A stretch of 64,000 bases of DNA from Octopus vulgaris (Eukaryota): contig OX597841.1 of NCBI GenBank assembly GCA_951406725.2, positions 21,514,001-21,578,000 of the forward strand. The letters run 5' to 3'. The notes under the pieces were generated by a model that saw only the letters and a program-made list of their open reading frames with translations, was not told the DNA's origin and ran no database searches. The translations under genes and the position numbers were made by a program. Every line of letters starts with the position of its first letter. Position 1 is the first letter of the stretch. Shown here piece after piece: positions 60,653 through 64,000 of this stretch.

Positions 60653-61302
60653 ATTAATAAATAAAATAAAACATATGCATATATACATACATATATGTAC
60701 GTACCTACCTCTACATGTATATATACATGCATATATGGGTACAGGACACCAAAAAAAACGTCGAAGACAATGAGAAACGAAAACATAAATACAAAACCAA
60801 GGAAACGGACATTTTTCTTAAACAACGAAAACATAGAGTACAGGGCATACAATACAAGGAAAATTCCCCTTCTTCAGTCACCTTAATTTCATCTACTCCA
60901 CGTTTCGAAGGTCAAGGCGAGACATGACTTCAATGAAACATTCCTTCCCGCGAAAAGCAAATTAAATAAAATTTGAGATTTTTTTGCGGAGGGGTAAAAA
61001 TGGTAACAAAAACAGGACAGTAACGACAGTACAAAATATAAACAGTAAAAGACAGGACAAGGAGAATAACAAAGGCGACTGAAGAAGGGGAATTTTCCTT
61101 GTTTTTGTATATCCTGTACTCTATTTTTTCGTTGTTTAAGAAAAATGTCCAGTTCCTTGGGTTTGTGTCTATGTTTTCGTTTCTCATTGTGTTCGACGTT
61201 TTTTTGGTGTCCTGTACCCATATATGCGTGTATATATACATGTAGAGGTAGGTACGTACATACATGTATGTATATATGCATATATTTTATTTATTTATTA
61301 AT
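60653..61302. repeat. Long inverted repeat (~230-bp arms, ~190-bp spacer)
   Basis: Arms 60653-60884 and 61072-61302, imperfect. Confidence 0.85.
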
Positions 61303-61511
61303 TTATTATATGACGGAATGCACGCATCCATTTCTAAGTAAGATTGTTCTTAATATGTATATATATAACGTAAATATAATATGTGACAATTATTTGGTAG
61401 CCATGATAAAACTCCGAGTTTTGGATGCAGAGGTGGAAATCCACCTCGGAGTTTTATCAGGGCTACCAAATAATCGTCACATACAAGTGGCATAGTAGCG
61501 AGAGTTGACTG

Positions 61512-62800
<1,289 letters not shown>

Positions 62801-62898
62801 ACGGAAAGCTTTATGAAAATAGACAAAAGACGAAGGCAGGTGGAATACAAACAAACAATTGTATTAGTATGGCGCTCAGGAAATATAAATAAAACAAG

Positions 62899-62936
62899 TC
62901 TTTAACGTTTCGAGCCTACGCTCTTCAACAGAAAGA
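62899..62936 (-). ncRNA. Minimal hammerhead-like motif, A6U core (same family as 35424-35459)
   Basis: ucuuu-CUGUUGA-A-GAGC-guag-GCUC-GAAAC-GUU-aaaga. Confidence 0.55.
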
Positions 62937-63681
62937 TACACAGAGAGAAAAAAAACACAGAAAGAAGGAGAGAAAAAAATGCGTGCAGTAGCTAACGAAT
63001 CAACATGGCGATCTGATTCCGGCCAGAGGTCAAAGATCAAACATGAGACGCGAGAGCGAAATAAGGGGAGATAATAGGGTTGATAATAGGGTTGAATGAC
63101 CAGCTATTAGTGCGTAGGAGAGGTCTGGACGTGTGTATGTATAGGGTTGGTGTATGTATTAGTATATATTAGTATGTATAAGGGTGTGTGTGTGTGTGTA
63201 TGAGAGAGTATTAGTGCATATGATAGGTCTGGACGTGCGTATGTATGGGGTTGGTGTATGTATTAGTATGTATTAGTACGTATTAGTATGTATAAGTGTG
63301 TGTGTGTATGAGAGAGTATAAGTGCGTATGAGGGTCGGGACGTGTGTATGTATAGGGTTGGTGTATGTATTAGTATGTATTAGTTGGTGTATGTATTAGT
63401 ATGGCACATCATATATGATGTGATGTGTAAAGTCGTGTGGTGTAGTGTGGAGAGAGGAGAAGAGGGGGAGGAGAGGAGGGGGAGAAGGAAGGGGAGGAGG
63501 AGGAAAGAGGGAGAGGGGGAGAGAGAAGGGGAGTGAGGGAGCAGAGGGAGGGAGAAAGAGGGAAGAAGGGAAGGGGAGTAGGGGTGAAAGGATGAAGGAC
63601 TGAAGAAGTAGGGGTCGGGGGGAAGGATAGGTGAGGAGGGGGGGAGAGTTGAGACCAAATGGCGTATAAGAGCGAAGAGAG

Positions 63682-63825
63682 ACATATATATATATATACA
63701 TACATACATACATATATACATACATACATACATATATACATACATACATATATACATACATACATATATACACATACATACATATATACATACATACATA
63801 TATATACATACATACATATATATAC

Positions 63826-63878
<53 letters not shown>

Positions 63879-64000
63879 CATATACATACATACATACATA
63901 CATATATATACATACATACATATATATACATACATACATATATATATATACATACATATATATATATATATACATACATATATATATATACATACATATA
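63682..64000. repeat. (TACA)n/(TA)n microsatellite
   Basis: Direct reading. Confidence 0.95.

Overview
Repeat-dense eukaryotic genomic DNA, most likely an octopus (inferred from tRNA-derived SINE families, RTE/CR1/Dong LINE relics and very high microsatellite load). The main gene is a + strand MAK/ICK(CILK1)-family ciliary Ser/Thr kinase with a TDY activation loop. I assembled it by hand from 12 coding exons (30432-60079/60083, about 580 aa). It has a probable promoter and first exon about 20 kb upstream (9500-9563: two X-boxes around an E-box, a YY1-like motif and a GTAAGT donor). A divergent, unidentified - strand gene appears to start at 4384 and run out of the window. Almost all long ORFs in the supplied track are microsatellite artefacts. 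Three observations stand out. (1) Several distinct short elements, mostly sitting in (TA)n tracts and often forming fold-backs, carry minimal type I hammerhead-ribozyme motifs with non-canonical cores, including a G3:C8 swap and an A6U variant seen in two copies; a decayed Penelope GIY-YIG fragment is also present. (2) One SINE copy has 18 clustered A-to-G changes in about 112 nt and looks like a genomic fossil of an ADAR hyper-edited RNA. (3) A stop codon overlaps a splice donor at the kinase C-terminus. All alignments and folds were done by eye.
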